64,000 nucleotides of DNA, taken from the IMG/VR virus record IMGVR_UViG_3300003690_003472, positions 121,565-185,564 of that record. One strand, 5' to 3'. The notes beneath the pieces are model-generated. The model did no database searches. It worked only from the letters and a program-made list of their open reading frames with translations, and was not told where the DNA came from. The position numbers were made by a program, and so were the translations under genes. Origin of the DNA: a virus. This document shows positions 55,754 through 64,000 of the stretch, piece after piece; within the stretch, counting starts at the first letter, position 1, and each line of letters begins with the position of its first letter.

Positions 55754-57438
55754 TGAAATATTTCAAAGGTTGGCGAAAGTTCTTAAATGAAAGTGTTGAT
55801 CCATATGCAGAAACTGCAGAAACACAAGTACAAACTAAAATAGCCAAACCAAAAGCTAAAACTGATGAATATGATTCTCCTTACGAATATGAAGAAACTC
55901 CAGAAAAATCACGTGAAACATACTTTGGCAAAAGCCCAGACAACCTTCGATGTATAAAAGACCTTAGAAATCAAGCAATAGATGTCTTTCCTCCGGACTT
56001 TTATAGGTGTATGGAACAAGAAGGCTATACTAAATTAGGTGCAGGCTCTTTTAGAGCGGTTTTTAACGTCCCAGAAAACCCGGAACTAGTTCTTAAGGTT
56101 GTAGGACCGGCAAATTCTTATCCAGAGCAAATCAGAAGCAGAGAAATGAACAAAGAAGAAGCAAAAGCCTCTTTTCAAACAGCTTCTGACTTAGTACCAA
56201 AGGTTTTTGATAGTGCAAGAGACTATTTTTGGATTATATCTGAAAAAGTTACTCCCATATTAACTTGGGAAGAGATGAAGAAGTTCTTTCCGGCGTGGAA
56301 AGACGAAAATGAATATGATTTCTCGTGGTGGTTCCAAAAATTAATTTTATCAGAGCTTAATAATGAAGTTGCGATTAGAAATTTAGATAATCGCATTGAA
56401 TACGTAAAAACTGGTAAAGAATTAGTTAATGATCCGCTTATTTTACAAATTCGTGACCTTCTGGCACAATTTGACCTTCCGGCGTGGGATATTCGCCCTC
56501 ATAATGTAGGATATGCCACTAGAAACGGTCAAAAACAGTTTGTTATACTAGATCCCGGCTTTGAACTAGGAAAAGCTACAGGAACAGTTGCTGATCAAGG
56601 CCCAGAACCTTCGATTTCAGACATTTTTAAGGATGACGTAGCAAAAACATGGAAACCACAACAAAAAGACAAGAATACAACAACCATAAGAGAAGATTTG
56701 ACTAAAAATTGGCAATTGTTTGTCGAAAATGCCGAAATTAAGGGCCCAAATGACTTTTTATACGACATTACAGCCTCTCCAGACAAAATTACCATCAATT
56801 TACTCGATTCAGTAACAAAAGAGCCCGTAGAAAGCAAAAAAGAGGACACAAATGCCTACATTTCTATGGAAAAGCGAACAAACGTGCCTAATTGGGAGGT
56901 TGCATGGTCATCTTCGCCTCTAAATAGCGAAAAAGTAGGTATAATCATGTATTTAATGGCTCTAGAGCTAGTTGAAGAGGGTTTGTCGCCCGATTCTTAT
57001 GAAACCAGCCCTGATGCACTGCGAATTTGGGCAAAATTCATGAAAAAGAACGAATATGGGGTTAAAAAAGAACTAAAAGACGGTCATGAGGGTCAAGATG
57101 AAGAAGATCCTGTTAATTTTGTGTTTTTTAAGCCAAATAAGGCCATTTTAGAGCAATATTCGGACAAAATCACCGTAAAAGAGGTCGAAAGCGAAGAAAA
57201 AGACGAATTTGACCCCAAAAAAGAGGAAAAATTCGAATATTTTGACACCGAAGCGTTTGATTGGGAAGATTTAGACGAATTAGACGAGCAAACAGAGCCA
57301 TATCAGCTATTTTCAATAGGTACATACAAAGATTTCATAAAAGATCTTGCAAATCAAGGCAAAAACAAGTATAATATAGGTGGAAAAATGAAAAAAGCAT
57401 CAAACAAGCACCTAAAAAGTGGTCCTCTAGGCGGTTGA
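55753..57438 (+). CDS. Leader-bearing protein-kinase-like domain fused to GNAT-like domain
   Basis: GAGSFRAVF, VLKV, DIRPHNV, ILDPG; then KVGIIMYLMALE…LSPD…SPDALRIW. Confidence 0.7.
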   Translation: MKYFKGWRKFLNESVDPYAETAETQVQTKIAKPKAKTDEYDSPYEYEETPEKSRETYFGKSPDNLRCIKDLRNQAIDVFPPDFYRCMEQEGYTKLGAGSFRAVFNVPENPELVLKVVGPANSYPEQIRSREMNKEEAKASFQTASDLVPKVFDSARDYFWIISEKVTPILTWEEMKKFFPAWKDENEYDFSWWFQKLILSELNNEVAIRNLDNRIEYVKTGKELVNDPLILQIRDLLAQFDLPAWDIRPHNVGYATRNGQKQFVILDPGFELGKATGTVADQGPEPSISDIFKDDVAKTWKPQQKDKNTTTIREDLTKNWQLFVENAEIKGPNDFLYDITASPDKITINLLDSVTKEPVESKKEDTNAYISMEKRTNVPNWEVAWSSSPLNSEKVGIIMYLMALELVEEGLSPDSYETSPDALRIWAKFMKKNEYGVKKELKDGHEGQDEEDPVNFVFFKPNKAILEQYSDKITVKEVESEEKDEFDPKKEEKFEYFDTEAFDWEDLDELDEQTEPYQLFSIGTYKDFIKDLANQGKNKYNIGGKMKKASNKHLKSGPLGG

Positions 57439-57481
57439 GGCCCCCTTTAAACTAGTTATTATAGACGTGGAGGTCCATATT

Positions 57482-57673
57482 ATGCCTATTATACCCGAAA
57501 TACCCCCCGATTTGATTGATTTTTTGATTCAAATGGAGAAGGAAGAGCAAAAAAAGCAAGAAAACAGGCCATATTTATACATTCCAGTCCCAAACATGCC
57601 CGAAATACCCCCCAAAAAGGAAGAAATAGAGGAAAAAGACAAGGAAAATGGGGTCATTATAATAGATATTTAG
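57482..57673 (+). CDS. Small Pro/Glu-rich protein
   Basis: PEIPP duplicated; ACTAGTTA and GGAGG upstream. Confidence 0.6.
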   Translation: MPIIPEIPPDLIDFLIQMEKEEQKKQENRPYLYIPVPNMPEIPPKKEEIEEKDKENGVIIIDI

Positions 57674-57801
57674 GCGATAAGTAGACATATATAATACATT
57701 GAAGAGTTATTGCGTAAAAATAATAATATTAAGAGGTAAATAACAAAGAAATATGACTATTTATTTACGAGTTACCTTATTCTGTGGCCAGGAGATTTAA
57801 T

Positions 57802-58827
57802 ATGAAACTAACTAAAGAGCTTATACAACAGTATATTAAAGAAGAACTAGCAAATCACACTTTAAAGCTGAACGAACAGCTGCCAAAGCCAGAACCTCGC
57901 TTGCCTGTACCTGGACAAGCTGCAGCTGCTGAAACAGATGTTGAAGGTGCTCAAGCTAAAACAGCTGAAGCAGAGGCGAAAGAAGAATCGCGCAAAGTAA
58001 TGTTTAATTTTGCTACTCAGGCCATAAGAATAGCTGAAGCGCTGATTAAAAAACGTACGGTGGCCGCTGCAGCTGCCCAAGAAGCACTAGAAGAAGCCAC
58101 ACGTGAGCAAGAAAAAGCTGAAGAAGGTCCATGGGGTGGCGCGCCGCACAGTTTAGATTGGAAAGTTGAACAGGCCATGGCGGATCTCAAAGATGCTCAA
58201 AGCGATCTAGCACAATCAAAACAACAACAACTGCAGTACCAACAAATGTTGGAGAAACACAAACGCCCCCTAACACCAGAAGAAATAGAAGCCGGGAAAA
58301 AGTTCTGGGGAAATATTATCAAAAAAGGCAAAGAATGGCTTGGTATTGGAGGTGAATCTACTCCTACCGTAACTCCTACGGACAAAGAACAATCTAAACA
58401 ACAAAGTTTGCCCGGTGAACATCCGCCAGGATCCGGTATGGAACCACAACAGAGTATGGCTGATCCTATACCGAAACCTCGACGCATAGCAGGAATGTCA
58501 GTTAAATATTTGGAAAAAAGAGGTTACACATGGGATCCAAATAAAGGCACTATGATACACCCCAAAAAAGGTGATGTACGCAACGTTGCCTCCAAGTGGA
58601 AGAGTCAGAAGAGGAGCCGCCGAAAGCGCATCGCAGCGCAAAATAAAATGGTAAAAAAGCTACAAAACTTAAAAAGACAAAATTTTCCAGCTGGACAAAC
58701 ACAAGCAGATCGAGACGCAGAAGGAATTGAATCGAAAACATTGCAAGAAAACAAGCAAACAAACACCGATCTTTTAACTGAATCTGAAATTAAACGCTTT
58801 GCAGAAATAATGAACACTAAAAGTTAA
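57802..58827 (+). CDS. Protein with MKLTKELIQQYIKEE leader, Ala/Gln-rich coiled coil
   Basis: Shared leader; C-terminal LLTESEIKRF motif. Confidence 0.75.
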   Translation: MKLTKELIQQYIKEELANHTLKLNEQLPKPEPRLPVPGQAAAAETDVEGAQAKTAEAEAKEESRKVMFNFATQAIRIAEALIKKRTVAAAAAQEALEEATREQEKAEEGPWGGAPHSLDWKVEQAMADLKDAQSDLAQSKQQQLQYQQMLEKHKRPLTPEEIEAGKKFWGNIIKKGKEWLGIGGESTPTVTPTDKEQSKQQSLPGEHPPGSGMEPQQSMADPIPKPRRIAGMSVKYLEKRGYTWDPNKGTMIHPKKGDVRNVASKWKSQKRSRRKRIAAQNKMVKKLQNLKRQNFPAGQTQADRDAEGIESKTLQENKQTNTDLLTESEIKRFAEIMNTKS

Positions 58828-58831
58828 ATGA

Positions 58832-59176
58832 ATGAGACTAATACTTGAAAACTTTCGAAAATATCTTAAAGAGATCAAAGATAGATGGGAATTCAGCGTA
58901 TTAGTTCGCTTAGAAAAAGATGCCAACCTTTATGCAGACATATTTGAAAAAATTCGTGCAATTCCTGGCGTTACAATTGTTAAAACCAAAGAAAAACAAA
59001 GAAACATATCTCCCACACAAAAAGCTGCTGTTTTAGAAGTTAAATGCATTATTGGTGGTACCGGAATGGTAAATTACGGCGTATACCTTAAAAGCCAGCT
59101 AGCAAAACTCCAAGATGAACAAGGTGATCGAATTCTTGGAGTTCAATTTTCTTCACCCCCAGAAGACGTTTCTTAA
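58832..59176 (+). CDS. Protein with MRLILENFRKYLKE leader; ferredoxin/ACT-like fold
   Basis: IFEKIRAIPGVTIV pattern. Confidence 0.65.
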   Translation: MRLILENFRKYLKEIKDRWEFSVLVRLEKDANLYADIFEKIRAIPGVTIVKTKEKQRNISPTQKAAVLEVKCIIGGTGMVNYGVYLKSQLAKLQDEQGDRILGVQFSSPPEDVS

Positions 59177-59242
59177 AAAAATATTTTAAAAACAATTGTT
59201 TTTAATGTATTCTATATATAGTTATTATATGAGGTATAGGAT

Positions 59243-61570
59243 GTGTCAGTAAAAAGACTGGTTTTCACATGCCTTGTTATTATATTTACTTTAATTTTCT
59301 TAGTTTCATGTAGCGATAATGAACAAGGCGGCGACAACGTATACACCCCTATACCTACATATCCAGATATTGAAGTACCGCCTGAAGATATAGAAGAAAC
59401 ATCAGATGGTATAGAAGAAGATATTAAACCAGATACATATGAACAAGATTGTATTAAATGTGCATATTATTTTTGTCCCCCTTTAGATGAAGTTTGGCAA
59501 AAAGAAATTTGCATTGATCATTGCACCGATCCGCCCACCGTTGTTCTAGAAAACGAATGCATTGAATTGTTAGAATGCGACCCAACCACACATATTCTAG
59601 AATCTGATATTCCTTGTACCACCGAAGAAGGATATCCCGGCACAAAAGATAAAACATGCGATAAAGGACATATTTATTATACCAATTGTCAATCACCCTG
59701 TAAACCAGAAGAGTGCAGCGGTATTGATGACGATTGTGACGGAGAAATTGATGAAGGCTTTTCAGATATAGAAGAAACATGCAACAATATTGATGATAAT
59801 TGCAATGGCATTGTTGATGAAGGAGATTGGGGAAAATGTGAAAAACTATGTGGACCAGGAGAAAATCTATGTATTGCTGGCCAATTAATTTGCAAGGGCC
59901 CTGAGCCAAAAGAAGAAATTTGTGATAAAATAGACAACGATTGCGATGGCGAGATTGACGAAGATGTTGCAAATGCATGTGGAGAATGCGGTGATGTACC
60001 AGAAGAGGTGTGCGATTATATAGATAATAATTGTGATGGGCAGATTGATGAAGGCCTTGCGAATGCATGCGGTGAATGTGGAAAAGAACCTGAAGAAATA
60101 TGCAATGGTTTAGATGACGATTGCGATGGTGAAATTGATGAAGGACAATTAAATGCTTGTGGAGAGTGTGGTCCAATTGAGGATGAAATATGCGATGGAA
60201 TCGATAATGATTGTAATGGTTTGATTGATGAAGAGTTGGTTGATAAATGTTCCACTGATTGTGAAGAAAATTTAAAGTTTTGTGTTGGTGGAAGTTGGCT
60301 ATGTACAGCAAAACAACCAGTTCCTGAATTTTGTAATGGCTTAGATGATGATTGCGATGGTAAAATTGATGAAGGTTTAAATTGTCTTTGTTCAGTTAAT
60401 GATCTTGGGGCGCTATTTCCATGTCAAGAAGATCCGCTTATTTGTGGGGGCGGATATAAAACTTGTGAATGTATAAATGCAGCTTGTACAAAGCTACAGT
60501 TAACTGATTGTTTGGCAGTTTGTCATTGGCTACCACAAACAACCGCCCCAGGAACAACTTGTGATAAATACTTAGGTGAAATTAAACCAGAAGAATGCAA
60601 CAATCATGATGATAATTGTAATCAGTTAATAGATGAGGGTATGTTTGCAAGTTGTTATAGCGGGTCAGTAAGTACTATGATGGTTGGCATATGTTTACCG
60701 GGTGAAATGACATGTGAAGTAGGTAAATGGGGCCATTATGATGATAATAATAAGTTTATACAAAATCTTTGCCTAGGGGAAATTACACCAGAAAAGGAAG
60801 ATCTTTGTAATGGTACCGATACAAACTGTGACGGAAAAATCGATGAAGATAAGGAATTAGAACCCACTGATATTCTTTTTATTATTGATTGGTCGGGTTC
60901 AATGATTAACGAAATTAATTCCGTTACAACTGCTTTAAATTACTTTGCAACTCACTATAGCGATTCGGAAGTTGTAAAATGGAGCATTGTGCTGACAGCG
61001 CATTGGGCTGGTGGTGGAGCAGAACAAGTAATACTTAAAACAGATCTTGTTGAATTTCAATCATTCATGACTGTTTTTCAAACTCTTAGCTTTACTAATA
61101 TGGGTGGCCTAGAGCAAAATTATGATGCAATATATTTGGCCATTCATAATTTAGTTGGTGCTGCAGCACTGCCTTATCAAATAGCAGATTTAAAATGGAC
61201 ATCAGGCCCATGGGGCAATTCTCCAAGTGAATCAATACCACCAAAAGAACAATGGAATATTAACTGGAGAAGTGATGCAAAACATGTCATTATTTTGTTC
61301 TCTGATGAAGAGGGCCAATCATATTTTGAACCACTAATCACAGAACCAATATTAGTAGATATGATTAGCATGGCTGATGAATTAGCTGTTTATGTTTTTT
61401 CAACTAACAATATTATAAATCAATTATGGGGAGATAATTATGAACCCTTAACTCAAGCAGGTTTTGCCGGGAAGATGTTTAAACTTTCGTCAAAAGCAAT
61501 TGAAATGTATAATAATCTTTTAGAAATCTTGGATGAAACCGCTTGCGGCAATAATAGCGCTAGTCCTTAA
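59243..61570 (+). CDS. Lipoprotein with nine Cys/Asp-rich MopE-type metal-binding repeats and C-terminal VWA domain
   Basis: Lipobox LVSC; ExCxGxDDDCDGxIDE x9; FIIDWSGS MIDAS, ILFSDE. Confidence 0.85.
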   Translation: MSVKRLVFTCLVIIFTLIFLVSCSDNEQGGDNVYTPIPTYPDIEVPPEDIEETSDGIEEDIKPDTYEQDCIKCAYYFCPPLDEVWQKEICIDHCTDPPTVVLENECIELLECDPTTHILESDIPCTTEEGYPGTKDKTCDKGHIYYTNCQSPCKPEECSGIDDDCDGEIDEGFSDIEETCNNIDDNCNGIVDEGDWGKCEKLCGPGENLCIAGQLICKGPEPKEEICDKIDNDCDGEIDEDVANACGECGDVPEEVCDYIDNNCDGQIDEGLANACGECGKEPEEICNGLDDDCDGEIDEGQLNACGECGPIEDEICDGIDNDCNGLIDEELVDKCSTDCEENLKFCVGGSWLCTAKQPVPEFCNGLDDDCDGKIDEGLNCLCSVNDLGALFPCQEDPLICGGGYKTCECINAACTKLQLTDCLAVCHWLPQTTAPGTTCDKYLGEIKPEECNNHDDNCNQLIDEGMFASCYSGSVSTMMVGICLPGEMTCEVGKWGHYDDNNKFIQNLCLGEITPEKEDLCNGTDTNCDGKIDEDKELEPTDILFIIDWSGSMINEINSVTTALNYFATHYSDSEVVKWSIVLTAHWAGGGAEQVILKTDLVEFQSFMTVFQTLSFTNMGGLEQNYDAIYLAIHNLVGAAALPYQIADLKWTSGPWGNSPSESIPPKEQWNINWRSDAKHVIILFSDEEGQSYFEPLITEPILVDMISMADELAVYVFSTNNIINQLWGDNYEPLTQAGFAGKMFKLSSKAIEMYNNLLEILDETACGNNSASP

Positions 61571-61573
61571 TAT

Positions 61574-61891
61574 ATGAAGTTTCCTAACAGTGTTTTAAGG
61601 TTTTTTCTTATTCTCCTGCTTGTTTTAAATATTTTTGATGCATATGCCACTTTTTATTGGGTCACTAACGGGTTAGCGTCAGAGAGAAATCCAATTATGC
61701 AAGAGTGGCTTCATTTGAATCCTTTTGTATTCATATATATAAAATTAATCCTAGTCGGTATCGCGATTGGATTTTTATGGACTGTTAGAAACAGACAACT
61801 AACACATATATTGATAATTCCACTTATTTTAACGTATATGTATGTTTTTATATTACATTGCAACATTGCATATCTGGTTTTTTATAACTAA
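61574..61891 (+). CDS. DUF5658-like membrane protein
   Basis: LNIFDAYAT…E.NPIM…KL; three TM. Confidence 0.7.
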   Translation: MKFPNSVLRFFLILLLVLNIFDAYATFYWVTNGLASERNPIMQEWLHLNPFVFIYIKLILVGIAIGFLWTVRNRQLTHILIIPLILTYMYVFILHCNIAYLVFYN

Positions 61892-61899
61892 TTAATAAT

Positions 61900-62109
61900 A
61901 TGAAGATTGATATTAAAACAGCTATAACAATAGGAGCTTTATTATTTGCTATAGCAGGTTTTTATTATACAACCACAAACGACCTTTATTCTCTTTCTTT
62001 AAAAATCGAAGGTCTTGAGAGTGAAAATAGAATGCAACAAAAACGTTTAGACTCATTAGATAAAAAAATGAATAGAGTAAACAAACAACTACGGGAGTTA
62101 AATAAATGA
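61900..62109 (+). CDS. N-terminal TM + coiled-coil protein (i-spanin-like topology)
   Basis: Hydrophobic N-terminus, heptad C-terminus. Confidence 0.55.
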   Translation: MKIDIKTAITIGALLFAIAGFYYTTTNDLYSLSLKIEGLESENRMQQKRLDSLDKKMNRVNKQLRELNK

Positions 62110-62570
62110 AAAAATTTTTATTATTAGTGTTATTAGTGTTTTTCTTAGCTTCATGTGCTAATACAACAACACAATTGAAAAAACAAGATTTATACCCTAG
62201 TATATCAGTAGAAAACATTAAAAAGTACTGTGATTCTACTGAACAATGGCAAATGGTGATATTAGGTTTGCCAAGTTATGTTTTAAGATTTGATAATTGT
62301 TTAAAAGTTAAAACACTTCTGGCTATTTCAATCGACACTACATTATATACAGAAAAAATAAGACAACATTCCATAGATCTACTTGCATTACATTATGTGG
62401 AATATTTAAAACGCAAATATTTTGAAGAGACAGCTGCTGATTCACCGACTAGAACTTGGTTCATAAAAAGAATTAAAGAAGAAATTGGTGATAACTGGAA
62501 TACTTATTTTTATGATATCACTTATAAAATAATTAATTGTTCTGATAGCACATGTACGAAAGAAGACTAA
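62106..62570 (+). CDS. Lipoprotein
   Basis: MKK + hydrophobic stretch + LASC lipobox. Confidence 0.75.
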   Translation: MKKFLLLVLLVFFLASCANTTTQLKKQDLYPSISVENIKKYCDSTEQWQMVILGLPSYVLRFDNCLKVKTLLAISIDTTLYTEKIRQHSIDLLALHYVEYLKRKYFEETAADSPTRTWFIKRIKEEIGDNWNTYFYDITYKIINCSDSTCTKED

Positions 62571-62573
62571 TTT

Positions 62574-63203
62574 ATGAAACTATTATTTGAAAGTTGGAAA
62601 AGATTTTTAAACGAAGAAGATGATGTTTTTTCTTATCAAGTTTATTGTGACATGGACGGCGTATTAGTAGATTTCGAAAGCGCAGCTATTGAACAAATAA
62701 ATAGAGATATAAAAAATGAAACAATCGCTGGAATAAATATAGACAAATTACGAAAAAAACTATCTGATCTTGGAAGAGATGAAATTATAAAACAAGATTT
62801 GAATAAAATGGATAAAGAAAACAGAATTCAAGCTGCTAGAAATTATATGTATAGGCGATTTGATGATGATGAAGAATTTTGGGCCAATCTTCCATGGGTT
62901 GAGGGCGGTAAAGAGTTATGGTCTTATATAAGTAAATTTAATCCCTATATATTAACAGCGCCAATGAAGGGCGAAGGATCAAAGAGGGGAAAAGATATTT
63001 GGATTCAAAAAAATCTTAACCCACCGCCGGAAAAAGTATATATGTCTCATAAAAAATATAATTGGGCGGTTGATACAGATAACAACCCAAATGTTTTAAT
63101 TGATGATTTCACCACAAATACCATCCCATGGGAAGAGCATGGCGGAGTTGCAATATTGCACACAGACACAAGTAGTACCATTCAAGAGTTGGAGAGATTA
63201 TAA
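62574..63203 (+). CDS. HAD 5'(3')-deoxyribonucleotidase-like protein with MKLLFESWKRFLNEE leader
   Basis: YCDMDGVLVDF, ILTAP, LIDD…N. Confidence 0.85.
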   Translation: MKLLFESWKRFLNEEDDVFSYQVYCDMDGVLVDFESAAIEQINRDIKNETIAGINIDKLRKKLSDLGRDEIIKQDLNKMDKENRIQAARNYMYRRFDDDEEFWANLPWVEGGKELWSYISKFNPYILTAPMKGEGSKRGKDIWIQKNLNPPPEKVYMSHKKYNWAVDTDNNPNVLIDDFTTNTIPWEEHGGVAILHTDTSSTIQELERL

Positions 63204-63205
63204 AC

Positions 63206-64000
63206 GTGAAACTCTTATTTGAAAATTGGCGTCAATATCTTTTAACTGAAGTTTCTTTTGCAGACGCCAAAGAAATTCTTAACTCTAAAAGAACAATGAA
63301 AATCATTAAAGCGTATCGTTACGACAAAGAACAGGATGACACAATTGATAGTTGGGATGCAGCATTGCCACGCACTCAACACCGCAACTTTATAAACTAT
63401 CTTCTCGATCAAATCCCAGACGATTTAACAGACAATCAAAAAGGTTCTTCTGTGTTGTGGTTGTTGAAATTGTCACGAGAAAATCCAAGTTATGCAGCTT
63501 CTTTTATTGAGGGAAGCACAAACCGGTTCCGCAATGTCTGGGATCATCTCGAAACCTTTTTCCATCACCAACGCTTTATGCCTCAACAGGATTTGATGCA
63601 AATTAAATCAATCGAAGATCTTGAAAACATGGCAGAAGGTGCGAAAGAAGAAATTAATAAAGCACAAGAGCTGCTTGCGAATTGGGAAAAGGGACAAATT
63701 GGTGTACTGCTGCTCCCGGTTTAGATTATTTTGAAGATTACTATAAGCCAGATGATCCATTATTTTATTTTGAAGGCTCTCCAAACCGTAATGATCTCGC
63801 AGAACCAGCGGCCGAAAAATATCAATTTCACTATGGTTCAGAACAATTTATGGATAAAGATGACAGTCATGTTTCCGAGGAAATCGAAAAATGGCTCCAC
63901 AACATTCTCATGCAAACAGAAGCACCAAAAAAATATCCAGTTGTGCAATTTTATCACGATCATATGATAGCTGAAGACCGATCAACGCCTCCAGAAGAAT
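63206..64000 (+). pseudogene. Leader-bearing gene with a -1 frameshift near 63665; continues off the right edge as AACELGKGTNWCTAAPGLDYFEDYY…
   Basis: Track ORF ends at 63724, but the -1 frame is open from 63661 to the end of the window and carries a PcfJ-like 'WCT' motif. Confidence 0.55.

Noticed and set aside
63684-63693. Programmed -1 frameshift at GGGAAAAG
   Set aside because: Heptamer is out of register for the zero frame, and the conserved-looking AACEL residues lie upstream of it in the -1 frame
1-64000. Genome-wide stop-codon reassignment
   Set aside because: Conserved genes end properly at TGA, TAA and TAG; TGG is used for Trp; long ORFs are intact in code 11

Overview
A 64-kb segment of a large, AT-rich (about one-third GC by eye) tailed dsDNA phage. 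Almost all genes are on the + strand, and no capsid or tail genes are recognisable in this window. 0-35 kb holds replication, nucleotide and host-type metabolic genes: a minimal family-A polymerase, tubulin/FtsZ-like protein, gp32-like SSB, RecA, 5'-3' exonuclease, DnaB-type helicase, class II RNR, DnaE, dUTPase, GuaB-like, ClpP, GroEL, a remote GroES-like gene, endolysin, lipid-modifying enzymes and 4 tRNA-like genes. 35-48 kb is an early-type region with near-identical sigma70 extended -10 promoters, a MoxR AAA+/VWA pair, ThyX and a tandem array of ~50-70 aa 'MxxGDLV' KOW/SH3-like genes. 49-64 kb encodes many proteins sharing N-terminal 'MKLTKxxLKQIIKEE' or 'MKLLFENWRKFLxE' leaders, plus membrane and lipoproteins. 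Several genes (CglF/GltF-like, MopE-repeat VWA lipoprotein) suggest a Myxococcota/Bdellovibrionota-type host (inference). The main leads are: (1) a tRNA-Val(UAC)-like gene interrupted by a 117-nt structured insert that encodes an ssrA-like ...LAAA-stop tag; (2) a gene-cassette array whose junction repeat supplies RBS, start and upstream stop at once; (3) a probable capsid-targeting leader fused to diverse enzymes; (4) homologues of host gliding/adhesion proteins. All family assignments come from motif recognition by eye; no searches were run.
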